64,000 nt of DNA from the NCBI RefSeq assembly GCF_006345805.1, contig NC_043015.1:37944001-38008000 (forward strand), read 5' to 3'. Numbering within the stretch: position 1 is the stretch's first letter; each line of letters opens with the position of its first letter. The translations under genes and the position numbers were made by a program. The notes below the pieces were generated by a model, which was not told the origin of the DNA, searched no databases, and saw only the letters and a list, made by a program, of their open reading frames with translations. This DNA comes from Octopus sinensis (taxonomy: Eukaryota). Shown in pieces: positions 27,945-40,013 of the stretch.

Positions 27945-30900
27945 AAGGTAATCGAGGTAGTCAGAGTATGTGACAGAATACTGAAGATTAGATTAGTGCT
28001 CAATCATAGTTTAGCAACTATTATATCGGCCTATGCCCCTCTGCCAGGGTTACCCAATGGACAGAAAGACCGTTTTTATGACACCCTACTGCAGACCACC
28101 TCATTGACGAACGACAGGGACCTTCTCTTTGTGGCTGGTGACTTCAATGAGCATGTTGGACGATATGCTGAGGGCTTCTATGGTGTTCATGGAGGCTATG
28201 GTTATGGTTCTCGCAATGAGGAGGGAACCAGGCTGCTGGAGTTCTGTGATGCGAATAGTCTTATGGTTTGCAACACTAACTTCAGGAAACCGACAAGCCA
28301 CTTGGTCACCTACCGTTCGGGCCAGCATACTAGCCAAATCGACTACATCCTTGCCAGAAAAAGGGAAAGATGGCTGCTTATAAATGCCAAAACCTTCCCA
28401 GGCGAAGAATGTACCCCACAACATAGACTGGTAGTCAGTGACTTTAGGATCAAGACTAAGAGGATGACTAGAAGACGACCAACATGGAGAAGACGGGTCT
28501 GGAAGCTTAAAGACCCTGCAAATGGACAGAGATTTAGAGACATGTTACTTGAAACCTTCGACGAAATAGAAGGGGGAATAGCTACACATGGGGTAGAAGA
28601 TAACTGGGCACTTCTAAGGGACAACCTGCTGAAGACCACTGACCAGATCTGTGGCTGGTGCAAAGTCCCCACAAGACCCAAAATAACGTGGTGGTGGAAC
28701 AATACTGTTGCCAGGGCTATTAGACAAAAGAAACAGGCTTGGAAGGACTGGAAGAACGGTGGTACCAGGGAAGTGTATCAGACTGCAAGAATGGAAGCTA
28801 GGAGGCAGGTGTATTTAGCCAGAGGGGAAGCAGATAAGAAAAAATTTGCCAATGTCCTGCGCCGTGAGGATGAAAGACTTGAGGTAATTCGTATAGCAAG
28901 ACAGTGTGTGTGAGAGAATCGTTACGTGGTAGGAGAAAAATGTGTTCGCACGGATGACAGCTCACTTGCGCTAAATGAGGATGGAAAGAGAGAGGTTTGG
29001 AGACGCCACTATGAAAGGTTGCTGAATGAGAAAAATGAATGGGATAAAGAGAGTCTGCCGAATGTTGACCCAACAGAGGGACCAGCAATCCGAGTTGACA
29101 GCTCCTTAGTAGTTAAGGCAATTACAAGCATGAAAACAGGGAAAGCCCCAGGCCCATCAGGAATTACTGCAGAGATGCTCAAAATATCTGGTAGTGTCGG
29201 CTATAGCCAAGTCACCCGTATAGTTAACCAGGTGATACACGAAGGAGTCATACCCAATGACTGGTGTAGCAGCATAATAGTCAACTGCTACAAAGGTAAA
29301 GGTGACGCCCTAGATACAAATAACTACAGGGGTATCAAGCTGCTGGATCAGGTAATGAAAGTTACGGAGAGGGTTATAGCCCAACTAATTAGAGAGAGGG
29401 TTAGCTTAGATCAGATGCAGTTTGGGTTCGTGCCAGGGAAAAGTACTACTGATGCTATTTTCCTGGTAAGACAGCTGCAGGAGAAATACCTAGCCAAAGA
29501 CAAGCCCCTATACCTGGCTTTTGTTGATATGGAGAAAGCCTTCGACAGGGTCCACCGATCCCTTATCTGGTGGTCAATGAGGAAACTAGGGATAGATGAA
29601 TGGTTAGTGAGAGCTGTACAAGCCATGTACAGAGACGCTGCTAGTAAGGTGAGGGTTGGCATCGAGTACAGTGAGGAATTCAGGGTAGAGGTTGGGGTCC
29701 ACCAAGGTTCAGTCCTCAGTCCCCTCCTATTTATCATAGTCCTCCAGGCAATAATGGAGGAAATCAAGACAGGATGCCCCTGGGAGCTCCTCTATGCTGA
29801 TGACCTTGCTCTAATTGCTGAGTCTCTATCAGAACTGGAGGTGAAGTTTCAGGTGTGGAAGCAAGGTTTAGAATCAAAGGGCCTTAGAATCAACCTAGCC
29901 AAAACCAAAGTCCTAATAAGTAGGAAGGTAGACCAATTACAAACGCCTTCAGGTAGATGGCCCTGCTTGATCTGTAGAAAAGGCGTAGGTAGAAACTCTA
30001 TAAGATGCACCAAATGTAAGCTATGGACACATGAGATATGTAGTAATGTCAAAGGAAGACTAACTAGGAAAATAGTTTTTATCTGTGGCAGATGCTCAGG
30101 AGCAATTAAACTCTGAAAATATGCAGAAACCAACTTCTACCACGTTCCAGGGAGAAAAGCTAGAAGTAGTTGATAGCTTCCGCTACCTAGGTGACCAAGT
30201 CAGTAGCGGGGGAGGGTGTGCTGAATGTGTAACTGCTAGAGTAAGAATAGCCTGGGCAAAGTTTAGAGAGCTCTTGCCCCTGCTGGTGACAAAAGGCCTC
30301 TCGCTCAAAGTAAAAGGCAGACTGTATGATGCATGTGTACATACAGCCATGCTACATGGTAGTGAAACTTGGGCTGTGACTGCTGAGGATTTGCGTAAGC
30401 TCGCAAGAAATGAAGTTAGTATGCTCCGTTGGATGTGTAATGTCAGTGTTCATAATCGACAGAGTGTAAGTACCTTGAGAGAAAAGTTGGACCTAAGAAG
30501 CATCAGTTGTTGTGTGCAAGAGAGACGATTGTGCTGGTATGGTCATGTGGCGAGAATGGATGAAGATAGGTGTGTGAAAAAGTGCCACACTCTGGCAGTT
30601 GAGGGGACCTGTGGAAGAGGTAGACCCAGGAAAACCTGGGACGAGGTGGTGAAGCACGACCTTCGAACTTTAGGTCTCACCGAGGAAATGACTAGAGACC
30701 GAGACCTATGGAAGTATGCTGTGCGTGAGAAGACCCGGCAAGACCAGTGAAAACAGTCAAAATCAAAATCAAAATCAAACCAAATCAAATCGGCTATCAG
30801 AAAGCAGAACCAAAATTGAGGTCGATCAACATCAGTGGAAATTGCAGCTGGGGTTAAGCGAACCATCCGATCGTTGTCGTTGCTGGCGCCGCCCCGTCTG

Positions 30901-31225
30901 GCCTCCATGCCGGTGGAACGTAAAAGCACCATCCGCTCGTGTCCGTTGCCAGCCTCACCTGGCCCCCCCATGCCGGTGGCACGTAAAAGCACCATCCGTT
31001 CGTGGCCGTTTGCCAGTTCTGTCTGGCACATGTGCGGGTGGCACGTAAAAAGTATCAACTACACTCACGGAGTGGTTGGCGTTAGGAAGGGCATCCATCC
31101 GTAGAAACACTACTAGATCTGACTGGGCCTGATGAAGCCTTCCGGCTTCACAGACCCTAGTTGAACAGTTCAACCCATGCTAGCATGGAAAACAGACGCT
31201 AAATGATGATGATGATGATGATGAT
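27945..31225 (+). mobile_element. Near-complete RTE-clade LINE (APE-RT-PHD), 5'-truncated, one in-frame stop (28911-28913) and one frameshift (~30100)
   Basis: ORFs 27996-28913 (GDFN, QIDYIL, QHRLVV), 28926-30116 ([27 protein letters not shown]) and 30085-30750; 3' UTR with (GAT)n tail. Confidence 0.97.
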
Positions 31226-31303
31226 ATTTACTATAAAAATTTATGGATGTATTAGTGAAATGCTAATGCATGCACTAAAAATTAATATAAGCAGCCATAT
31301 ATA

Positions 31304-32592
31304 CAAGGGGCGTTCAATAAGTAATGCCCCTGACCCACTTCCCATAGCAGTAGAGCAACGAAACTTGGCACAGTTTTTAGTCTTTTTCTACATAGGAACC
31401 ACCCGCAGTTACGCATTTCTCCCATCGTTTGATGCGGCTCTGGAGACCGTTTTTGTAGAAGAACCCAGCTTGGTCCTCCAACCTCAACGTGACTTCAGAA
31501 ATCAAGGCTGCATTATCTGGGAAATGCTTTCCTTTCAAAAACAACTTCATGATTGGGAAGAGGTGAAAATCAGAGGGTGCAAGGTCAGGAAAGTAGGGGG
31601 GATGGGGAGGAGTTCATAGCCATATGCCTGTGCTTCTGATCTGGCGACAAGCGAGTTGTGGACCGGAGCGTTATCCTGCAGGAGGAGGATGCCTTTGCTG
31701 AACTTGCCCCGCCTCTTGATTTTGATAACTTCTCTTAATTTCCTCAAAAGTGAAGCATAATAGGCTCCTGCAATTGTGGTACCCTTTGCCAGGAAATCTG
31801 TCATCACTACTCCGTCCTGGTCCCAGAAGACTGTGAGCATGACCTTGCCAGCGGAGGGCTGCACCCTTGCCTTCTTTGGAGGGGTGAGTCACGGTGCTTT
31901 CACTGCATTGACTGGGCTTTGGTCTCTGGATCATCGTGATGGACCCAGGTTTCATCCTGTGTAATCAGTCTTTTGAAAAATTTTGACTCATCTTCTTGGC
32001 ACATCTCCAAATTCACCGTCGAGCACTCGACGCGTACTTGCTTCTGGAAAGGTGTGAGCAACCTGGGAATCCATCTGGCAGACACCTTTTGCATATGCAA
32101 ATGGTCATGAATTATAGTTTCCACAGACCTGGTACTAATCTTGACCTCATGGGCTATTTGGCGAATAATTATGCGTCGATCTTCCAAAATGGCAGCCTCA
32201 ACTTGACGGACAGATGCCTCATCAATGGCAGAAGGGGGCGACCAGATCTGGGAGCTGTTTCCACAGAGTTCTGACCATGTTTGAATTCACGATGCCAGCG
32301 TTTTACAAGGTCATATGATGGGGCATCATCACCATAAGTTACTTTCATTTCATCAAAAGTCTCCCGTGGTGTGCGTCCTTTCAAATACAAAAACCGGATC
32401 ACTGCTCGATACTCAACAGGCTCCTTTCACACTTGACTCAGTTCAAACACCTGTAAATCAGAAACCACAATTAATTCAGAGCTGTAATTTGCCACTTACT
32501 CTATAGAGATATAAATAATTGCACATGCAAAATTTCAGCTAGATCAAACAACTGCAAGTGGGTCAGAGGCATTACTTATTGAACGTCCCTCG
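31304..32592 (-). mobile_element. Full-length mariner transposon (probably irritans-like), transposase frameshifted
   Basis: ~37-bp TIRs C(A/G)AGGG(G/A)CGTTCAATAAGTAATGCC(C/T)CTGACCCACTT with TA on both sides; WIPRLL, ITQDETW, LLQDNAPVH in ORFs 32169-32402, 31900-32187 and 31547-31864. Confidence 0.95.
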
Positions 32593-33779
32593 TATATGAA
32601 TACATATGTAGTGAATCTTGCAGACATGAAGTGGATTCGATCCACCATAACCAAATTTCAAGTAACAGTTCAACAGAACTTTTCTCACGGTGGAACAATA
32701 GTTTTTCTGTGAGAGCAGTTTTACATTTGACAGATTGCCTTAGCTAGGCTGAAATAATGTATTCACCACTTGACCATTCTAACCTCTCCTACACCACTAA
32801 AAGCTAGAATTAAGATAACAGTCCACCAACTAAATCCATTGTTCTCAACAATAAGTCTACCCTTCTGGATAGTTATAAAAACAATAAACCCTAAGCAAAA
32901 ATCAGTTAGTCACTTAGTGACAACTCAAGGTCTGTACATCAGGATGAGACGAAAAATGTGTCTGCTGAAAACATTGCTTATGCGGGCTTCCATATTTTCA
33001 TTCATTAGTTTTGCGGCAGCTGGATGTTGAAATGCTGCATTTATGGGCTTCCATGGTTAGTGAATTCTTTGGTAGCTCTGTGCATCTAGCTAGGCTGCAT
33101 TCCACTTTTCATGGCAAAGAAAAGGTTAAGAATCAAGTGGAAAAGATATAGATCTCTATTTATCCCTGACAGAACAATAGTTTGTATATCTAACGAGAAT
33201 ATATAGATTCATTTTCAAATCTCAGGCAGAGCCAAGTGAGATCCTACAACCGCTTTCCTAAAAAGAAATGCCACTGCCTATCTACAAACCATACTATTGC
33301 ATTAGCCTCTTTCATTGTGTCTGGCTAAAGGTGTGGCTTATTAATGCTATTGGGTGTCCTTCCTGGGATAACACCCAAGCCACTGCAATTAAAGATGCAT
33401 CTACACTTGGAATGCTAATCTTCTCCAGCAAGTACGGTTGCAAAACTGAACCCTCTGAAAGATGAGTATTAAGCATATGGGAAAACCTTATCCTGCTCTT
33501 TAGCCCACTTAAATAAGCATGGTTCTACTTTTTCAGTATACACCAGGACAAATCTATAGTAATTCATCATACCCAATATTTTGCCAAAATCTTCCTTTGA
33601 TTTTGGTACTTCTATGTCCTCTAGTTTTGCTACCAATTCCTAGGATGGAGAAATACCTTCTTTAGATATTTTCCTTCCCAGAAAAGTCAAATTTCTTCTT
33701 CAGGTGAATGACTTTTCTTTGCTAATGTAAAACTGTGCCTTGGTTAGCCTTACAACTACCACATTTTCTTTGCTTGTTA

Positions 33780-36700
33780 ATTTTTCCTAAAAACTACAAG
33801 AGATGAAGATATCATCTTGGTATACCCTTACAAAAGATTGTACAGCAATCATGGCACAAAAGATTGTACAGCAGCTAACCTGACTCCATCAAACTCAAAC
33901 TCGCAGATGGGACTATCCACAATACACAATACCGCCACAGCAAATAGACCCAAGGTGGACACCGCCAGCAACAGTATACACCTCACCTCGATGCTCCTAC
34001 TGAACATCAGAAGACTGCTAACACTCAGTAATAGGACAAAAATCCCGTTCTTGAGAGACTTTGTTGCATGCAATCAATCCTTATGCATAGCACTTACGGA
34101 AACACACCTGAAACCGGACATAGTAGATGCGGAAATACACATACCACAGTATGTTGTACTATGGACCGACAGAAAAGAAAAGAGTCATGGAGGAGTTGCT
34201 ATGTACATCCACGAGGACCTCACACCCCAGGTCCTTATGTCATACTCAAATTCGGTGTGTGACACACTAATTGTACATATAAGGCAACTTGGTGTAGTTA
34301 TATGTGCTACATATCGCCCTCCAGATGCCCCAAGCCATGTAGGCAAGTTTTAATACTGCCTTATAAAAATAGAAGAAGTTCTAGTCACATTACAACAACA
34401 CGTAAGTGTACTTCTTATGGGAGACTTCAATCTACCCAATGTCAGATGGCCCGAGGGCCTTTCTCTCCCAAGAATGACACGATGTGAACGAGGACAGGCG
34501 AGGTCCCTCCTGAACCTCATCAACACTCTGTACATGGAGCAAGTAATACTCCAACCAACCAGGGCAGGTAACATACTGGATCTCTGCTTCACAAATAATA
34601 TGGATCTCATCCATAATGTGAAAGTGACGCCGACAATACTCTCGGATCACAACATGGTAGAGCTGACCATGTACGGGCCAAAGGAAAGCATGGACCTGCA
34701 GCCTACAAGAAACTCTCAGAATGTTTCCAGCTTGAACTTCCATAAGGCAAACTGGAAACAAATTGAGAAAGAGATCCTCAAACAAAACTGGCCTGAATGT
34801 CTATCCTCACCAGACAGCAACATGAAACTTCAACAATTCATGTCTGTAATGCAAGCCATATGCTACAAATGTGTCCCAGATAGAAAGGCCACTGTACACA
34901 AGAGCAAAATCCCCAGAGAGAGGAAAATTCTAATGAGACAGCATACAAAAGTTTCAAATCGCCTAAACAAACAAATTGAAAGCAGTCAAAGTCCCGCATG
35001 AAAATAAAACTGTTGGAAATTGAAAAATGTCTGCAACTGTCCCATGAAAAAGAAAGAGCAGACAAAGAAGCTTGGGCTATAGACAACAAAATCTAACCCC
35101 AGAGCTTTCTACAGGTATGCCAAAGAAACAGCTACGGTGCACTGTAGGATAGGGCCACTCCTTGAAAAGGATGGCACACTCACAGGAAATCCAATGAGGG
35201 TAAGTGAAATACTAAATGAGCAATTCAAGAGTATTTTCATGCAACCCCTAGGGCATTTTCAAGTCAGCAATCCAACTGACTTCTTTACCACTGCAGATAT
35301 AAAATCAGAGGCAGCGATGATTGATTACATCAATATAAAGGAAGACGATGTAATAAAGGCTATTGATGAAATGAAAACAAACTCAGCTAATGGCCCCGAT
35401 GGATTCCCAGCAATCCTTCTAAAAATATGTAAGAGAGTCCTAGCAAGACCACTGCAGTTCCTCTTTCAGAGCTTCCTTGCAACTGGCAAACTTCCAAGAA
35501 AACTGAAGGAAGGTAAAATATGCCCTATTCATAAAGGAGGTAGCAGAGTGCAGGCCAAGAAATACAGACCTATCTCTCTGACCTCACACATCAGCAAGGT
35601 CATGGAAGGAATAGTCAGAAGGAAACTAATCACCTTCCTTGAAGAAAATGTCTTGCTGCCTGACACCCAACATGGTTTCCGACCAGGAAGAAGCTGCTTA
35701 ACTCAGCTCCTACAACACTATGACTTGGTGCTGAAACGACTGCTCAACCACTCAAATGTGGAAGTGATATATCTCGAGTTTGCAAAGGCCTTTAATAAAG
35801 TCGATCATGGGATAATATGTCACAAACTGCATGATCTTGGCATAGTTGGAAAATTGGGAGAATGGCTTCATGACTTTCTGAAGGATAGAAGTCAGGTGGT
35901 AGTAGCCAAATAGAAGTCAGGATAGAAGTCAGGTGGTATTAGCCAAATAGTGAGCGGTGTTCCACAAGACACTGTTCTGGGACCACTACTGTTCATAATG
36001 GCCACGCAGAGAGCCACGATCACAAGTTATGCAGATGATACAAAAGTTTCACAGACAATACAGAACCCTGAAGACACTAACCACCTGCAATGTGAGCTGG
36101 ACAAATATACAAGTGGGCTGAAAAGAATAGCATGCAGTTCAATGCTGAAAAGTTTCAAGCTTTATACTATCAGCATGCTAAACTAAATGAAATACCCAAT
36201 AAATACACTGAACCTGGAGGGATTGCAATCCCAGAAGCACAATAAGTGTGAGACCTGGGTATTTACATGAGTGATGATGCAACCTTTCATGTGCATGTTG
36301 CTAAATTGGCAATGAAATGTAGGCGGCTGACCTGATGGATTCTTAGAACCTTTAGAACAAGACACCAGGAAACCATGATAGTCCTCTGGAGGACACTTGT
36401 CCTAAGCCACTTTGACTATTGCTCTAAGCTATGGTCACCATCCAGTGTCAAGTTAATCACAGAACTTGAGGCGATCCAACGAAGCTACACGAAGAAGATA
36501 GCCTCTGTGCAGCATATAAGCTATTGGGAAAGACTCAAGAGATTGAGACTCTATTCCTTAGAGCGTAGGCGAGAAAGATATGCCATAATATACATCTGGA
36601 AGATCCTAGAAGGTCTTGTCCCAAACTTTGGCATTGAGAGTTACACAAATGCCAGAACTGGGCGCCACTGCATAGTGCCAAGGACTCCAAATTTGCCATC

Positions 36701-37010
36701 AAGATGTAGGGCAAAATACTGTGATAGCCTGGGCTTCCGAGGCCCACAGCTCTTCAATATCCTCCCGAAGATCCTAAGAGACCTGAATGGGGTGGATGCA
36801 GATGTCTTTAAAATGAAACTGGATCTCTTCTTGTTAGGTGTTTCAGATGAACCAACTTCACGGCAGGAGGTGCAGATGAGGGCAGCTGCATTGAACTCTC
36901 TCATGCACCAGATGGCATTTGCTAAAAAGCATTCGTGAAGTAAAATCATGTAGCAACACCAAATGGCGGTGCCCCAGCATGGCCACAGCTTGTGAGCTGA
37001 AACTAAATAA
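33780..37010 (+). mobile_element. CR1-like LINE, near-complete ORF2 (APE+RT), disrupted
   Basis: IALTETHL, GGVAMY, MGDFNLP, LDLCFTN, SDHNMV, YRPISLTS, QHGFRPGRSC, SYADDTK, YSLERRR; 3' tail GGCGGTGCCCCAGCATGGCCACAGC…GCTGAAACT. Confidence 0.95.
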
Positions 37011-38124
37011 AATTTTTTAAAAAATTAAAAAATTACTCCTTCGATCCTTTTTGTTAGAGTTTCTATGCAGTTCTGAAATATGTCTTAAGGCCTATTTGAA
37101 GTTTGTTAACCATGTAGAGACCATTGGTTGTATTTGCCAATACACATGCTTTGAATTGAGTGAAGAAAGATTTTGCATCTGACATATCAAAGAAAATAGT
37201 GTCAATTGATGGAATGAGAAAAGAATAGGTGTCAATATGTGTATTTAAATGAACCTTGTAATTTACACAAATCCATCTTTTTATTTCTCAACCATACCAC
37301 AGGTGAGGCACATCTCACTCCAGAGTAATCCAACAGAGTTATGGTACCCATCATTTCCAACCTCTTCGATGCATCTTTAACTTCTTTTGCTAAATGTACT
37401 GGAACACTTCTTGCTAAACTCATTACACTATAACTTGCATAAGAGCAACTAACTCGAGCTACAAAATCTTTTACCTCTAGGAACACATCCATGTTCAAAC
37501 TGAAACGAGACAAACTGTCTTTACTAACATCTTTTCCAATCAGCCCATCAGTGTGGTTGAGATTAAATGTCACTCGCATAGATCCAACAACCTTTAGATC
37601 TGAACCATCAAAAGTGGGTAATCTATTGTGGAATGATTCATCTGCAATATCTAAATGTGAAACAAATGATAATGAATACTATCAAACAAGCTTCCCCATT
37701 ATCCACTTTCATATCTATGTTTCTGTTATAAATAAAGCACTTGCAAAAACCTGCATGATCTGCACTCTCATTCTTATGCATGTTTAGCAACAAACTGTTG
37801 ATGGATCCAGTCTCGCTTGGAGATACATGTATGTTGTCCACACAGCGATTGTTTCTTGATTGGCTAAATATTGTGAAATGCCCTAATTTGCCACACTTAT
37901 TACAATTTTTCCCATAGGCATAGGAGTGGCTGTGTGGTAAATAGCTTGCTTACCAACCACACGGTTCCAGGTTTAGTCCCACTGCATGGCACATTGGGCA
38001 AGTGTCTTCTACTATAGCATCGGCCCGACCAAATCCTTCTGAGTGGATTTGGTAAATGAAAACTGAAAGAAGCTCGTTGTATATATGTGTGTGTGTATAT
38101 ATATATATACACATACATATATAA

Positions 38125-39728
38125 CATCATCATCATCATCATCGTTTAATCATCCGTTCTCCATGCTAGCATGGGTTGGACGGTTCGACCGGGGATCTGG
38201 GAAGCCAGAAGGCTGCACCAGACTCCAGTCTTATCTGGAAATGTTTCTACAGCTGGATGCCCTTCCTAACGCCAACCACTCCGTGAGTGTAGTGGGTGCT
38301 TTTTACGTGCCACCTGCACAGGTGCCAGGCGAGGCTGGCAACGGCCACGGTCAGATTGGGGTATTTTATGTGCCACCGGCACAGAAGCCAGTCGAGGCGG
38401 CACTGGCATCGGCCACGAGTCGGATAGTGCTTTTTACGTACCACCAGACCAGGGATCCTGGCTGGTTCAATTCGATTTCGATTTCACTTTCGCTTGCCCC
38501 AACATGTCTTCGCAAGCAAAGGGGGTTGGCATGGGTGCCTGTCGTCGGATGAGGTTCTATATCGACTTCGCTTGCCTCAACAGGTCTTTGTGTCCAAGGG
38601 AGGAAAGGCATTCATAAGTGGGCTGGGCTCACTTGTCCTGCCTGGTCTTCTCACGTACAGCATATTTCCAAAGGTCTCGGTCGCTGGTCATTTCCTCAGT
38701 GAGGCATAAAGTTTGAAGGTCGTGCTTCACCACCTCGTCCCAGGTTTTCCTGGGTCTACCTCTTCCATGGTTTCCCTCAACTGCTAGGGATTGGCACTTT
38801 CTCACACACCTGTCTTCATCCATTCTCGCCACATGACCATACTAGCACAATCGTCTCTCTTGCACACCACAACTGATGCTTCTTAGGTACATTTCTCTCA
38901 AGGTACTAATGCTCTGTCGAGTATGTACACTGACATTACACATCCATCGGAGCATACTGGCTTCATTCCTCACGAGCTTACGCATGTCCTCAGCAGTCAC
39001 GGCCCATGTTTCACTGCCACGTAGCATGGCTGTTCGTACACATGCATCATACAGTCTGCCTTTTAATCTGAGCGAGAGGCCTTTAGTCACCAGCAGAGGT
39101 AAGAGCTCCCTAAACTTTGCCAAGGCTATTCTTATTCTAGCAGTTACACTTTCAGTGCACCCACCCCCACTACTGACTTGGTCACCTAGATAACGGAAGC
39201 TATCAACTACTTCTAGTTTTTCCCCCTGGAAAGTGACGGAAGTTGTTTTCTGCAGATTTTCGGAGGTTAATGCTCCCGAGCATCTGCCACATACAAAAAC
39301 TATCTTCCCAGTTAGCCTACCTTTGACATTGCTGCACCTCTTATGTGTCCATAGCTTACACTGGGTACATCTTATAGAGTTTCTACCTACACCTTTTCTA
39401 CAGATTGAGCAGGGCCATCTTGCTGAAGACATTTGTGGATTGTCTACCTTCCTACTTATTAGTACTTTGGTTTTAGCTAGGTTGACTCTAAGACCCCTCG
39501 ATTCTAAACCCTCCTTCCACACCTGGAACTTCTCCAGTTCTGATAGTGACTCAGCAATTAGAGCAAGGTCGTCAGCGTAGAGGAGCTCCCAGGGGCAACC
39601 TGCCTTGAATTCCTCCGTAATTGCCTGGAGGACTATGATAAATAGGAGGGGGCTGAGTACTGAACCCTGGTGGACCCCAACCTCTACTTTGAATTCTTCT
39701 GTGTACATGTTGCCAACCCTAACCTTAC
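38125..39728 (-). mobile_element. RTE LINE, 5'-truncated (RT C-terminus, PHD, 3' UTR)
   Basis: ORF 38842-39813 [10 protein letters not shown]…LLYADD…RWPCSICRK; (CAT)n tail; 5' end abuts (TA)n. Confidence 0.95.
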
Positions 39729-39736
39729 ATATAAAT

Positions 39737-39792
<56 letters not shown>

Positions 39793-39807
39793 CATACATA
39801 TACATAC

Positions 39808-39871
<64 letters not shown>

Positions 39872-40013
39872 CGGCGTTAGGAAGGGCATACAACTGTAGA
39901 AACACTGCCAGATCAGACTGACTGGAGCCTGGTGCAGCCTCCTGGCTTCCCAGAACCCGGTCAAACCGTCCAACCCATGCTAGCACAGAAAACGGACGTT
40001 AAATGATGATGAT
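39872..40013 (+). mobile_element. Short RTE 3' tail
   Basis: GGCGTTAGGAAGGGCAT…CCAACCCATGCTAGC…(GAT)n. Similar tails at 11798-12020, 47930-48417, 51190-51660 (-), 52240-52400, 60421-60850 (-) and 63925-64000 (-). Confidence 0.9.
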
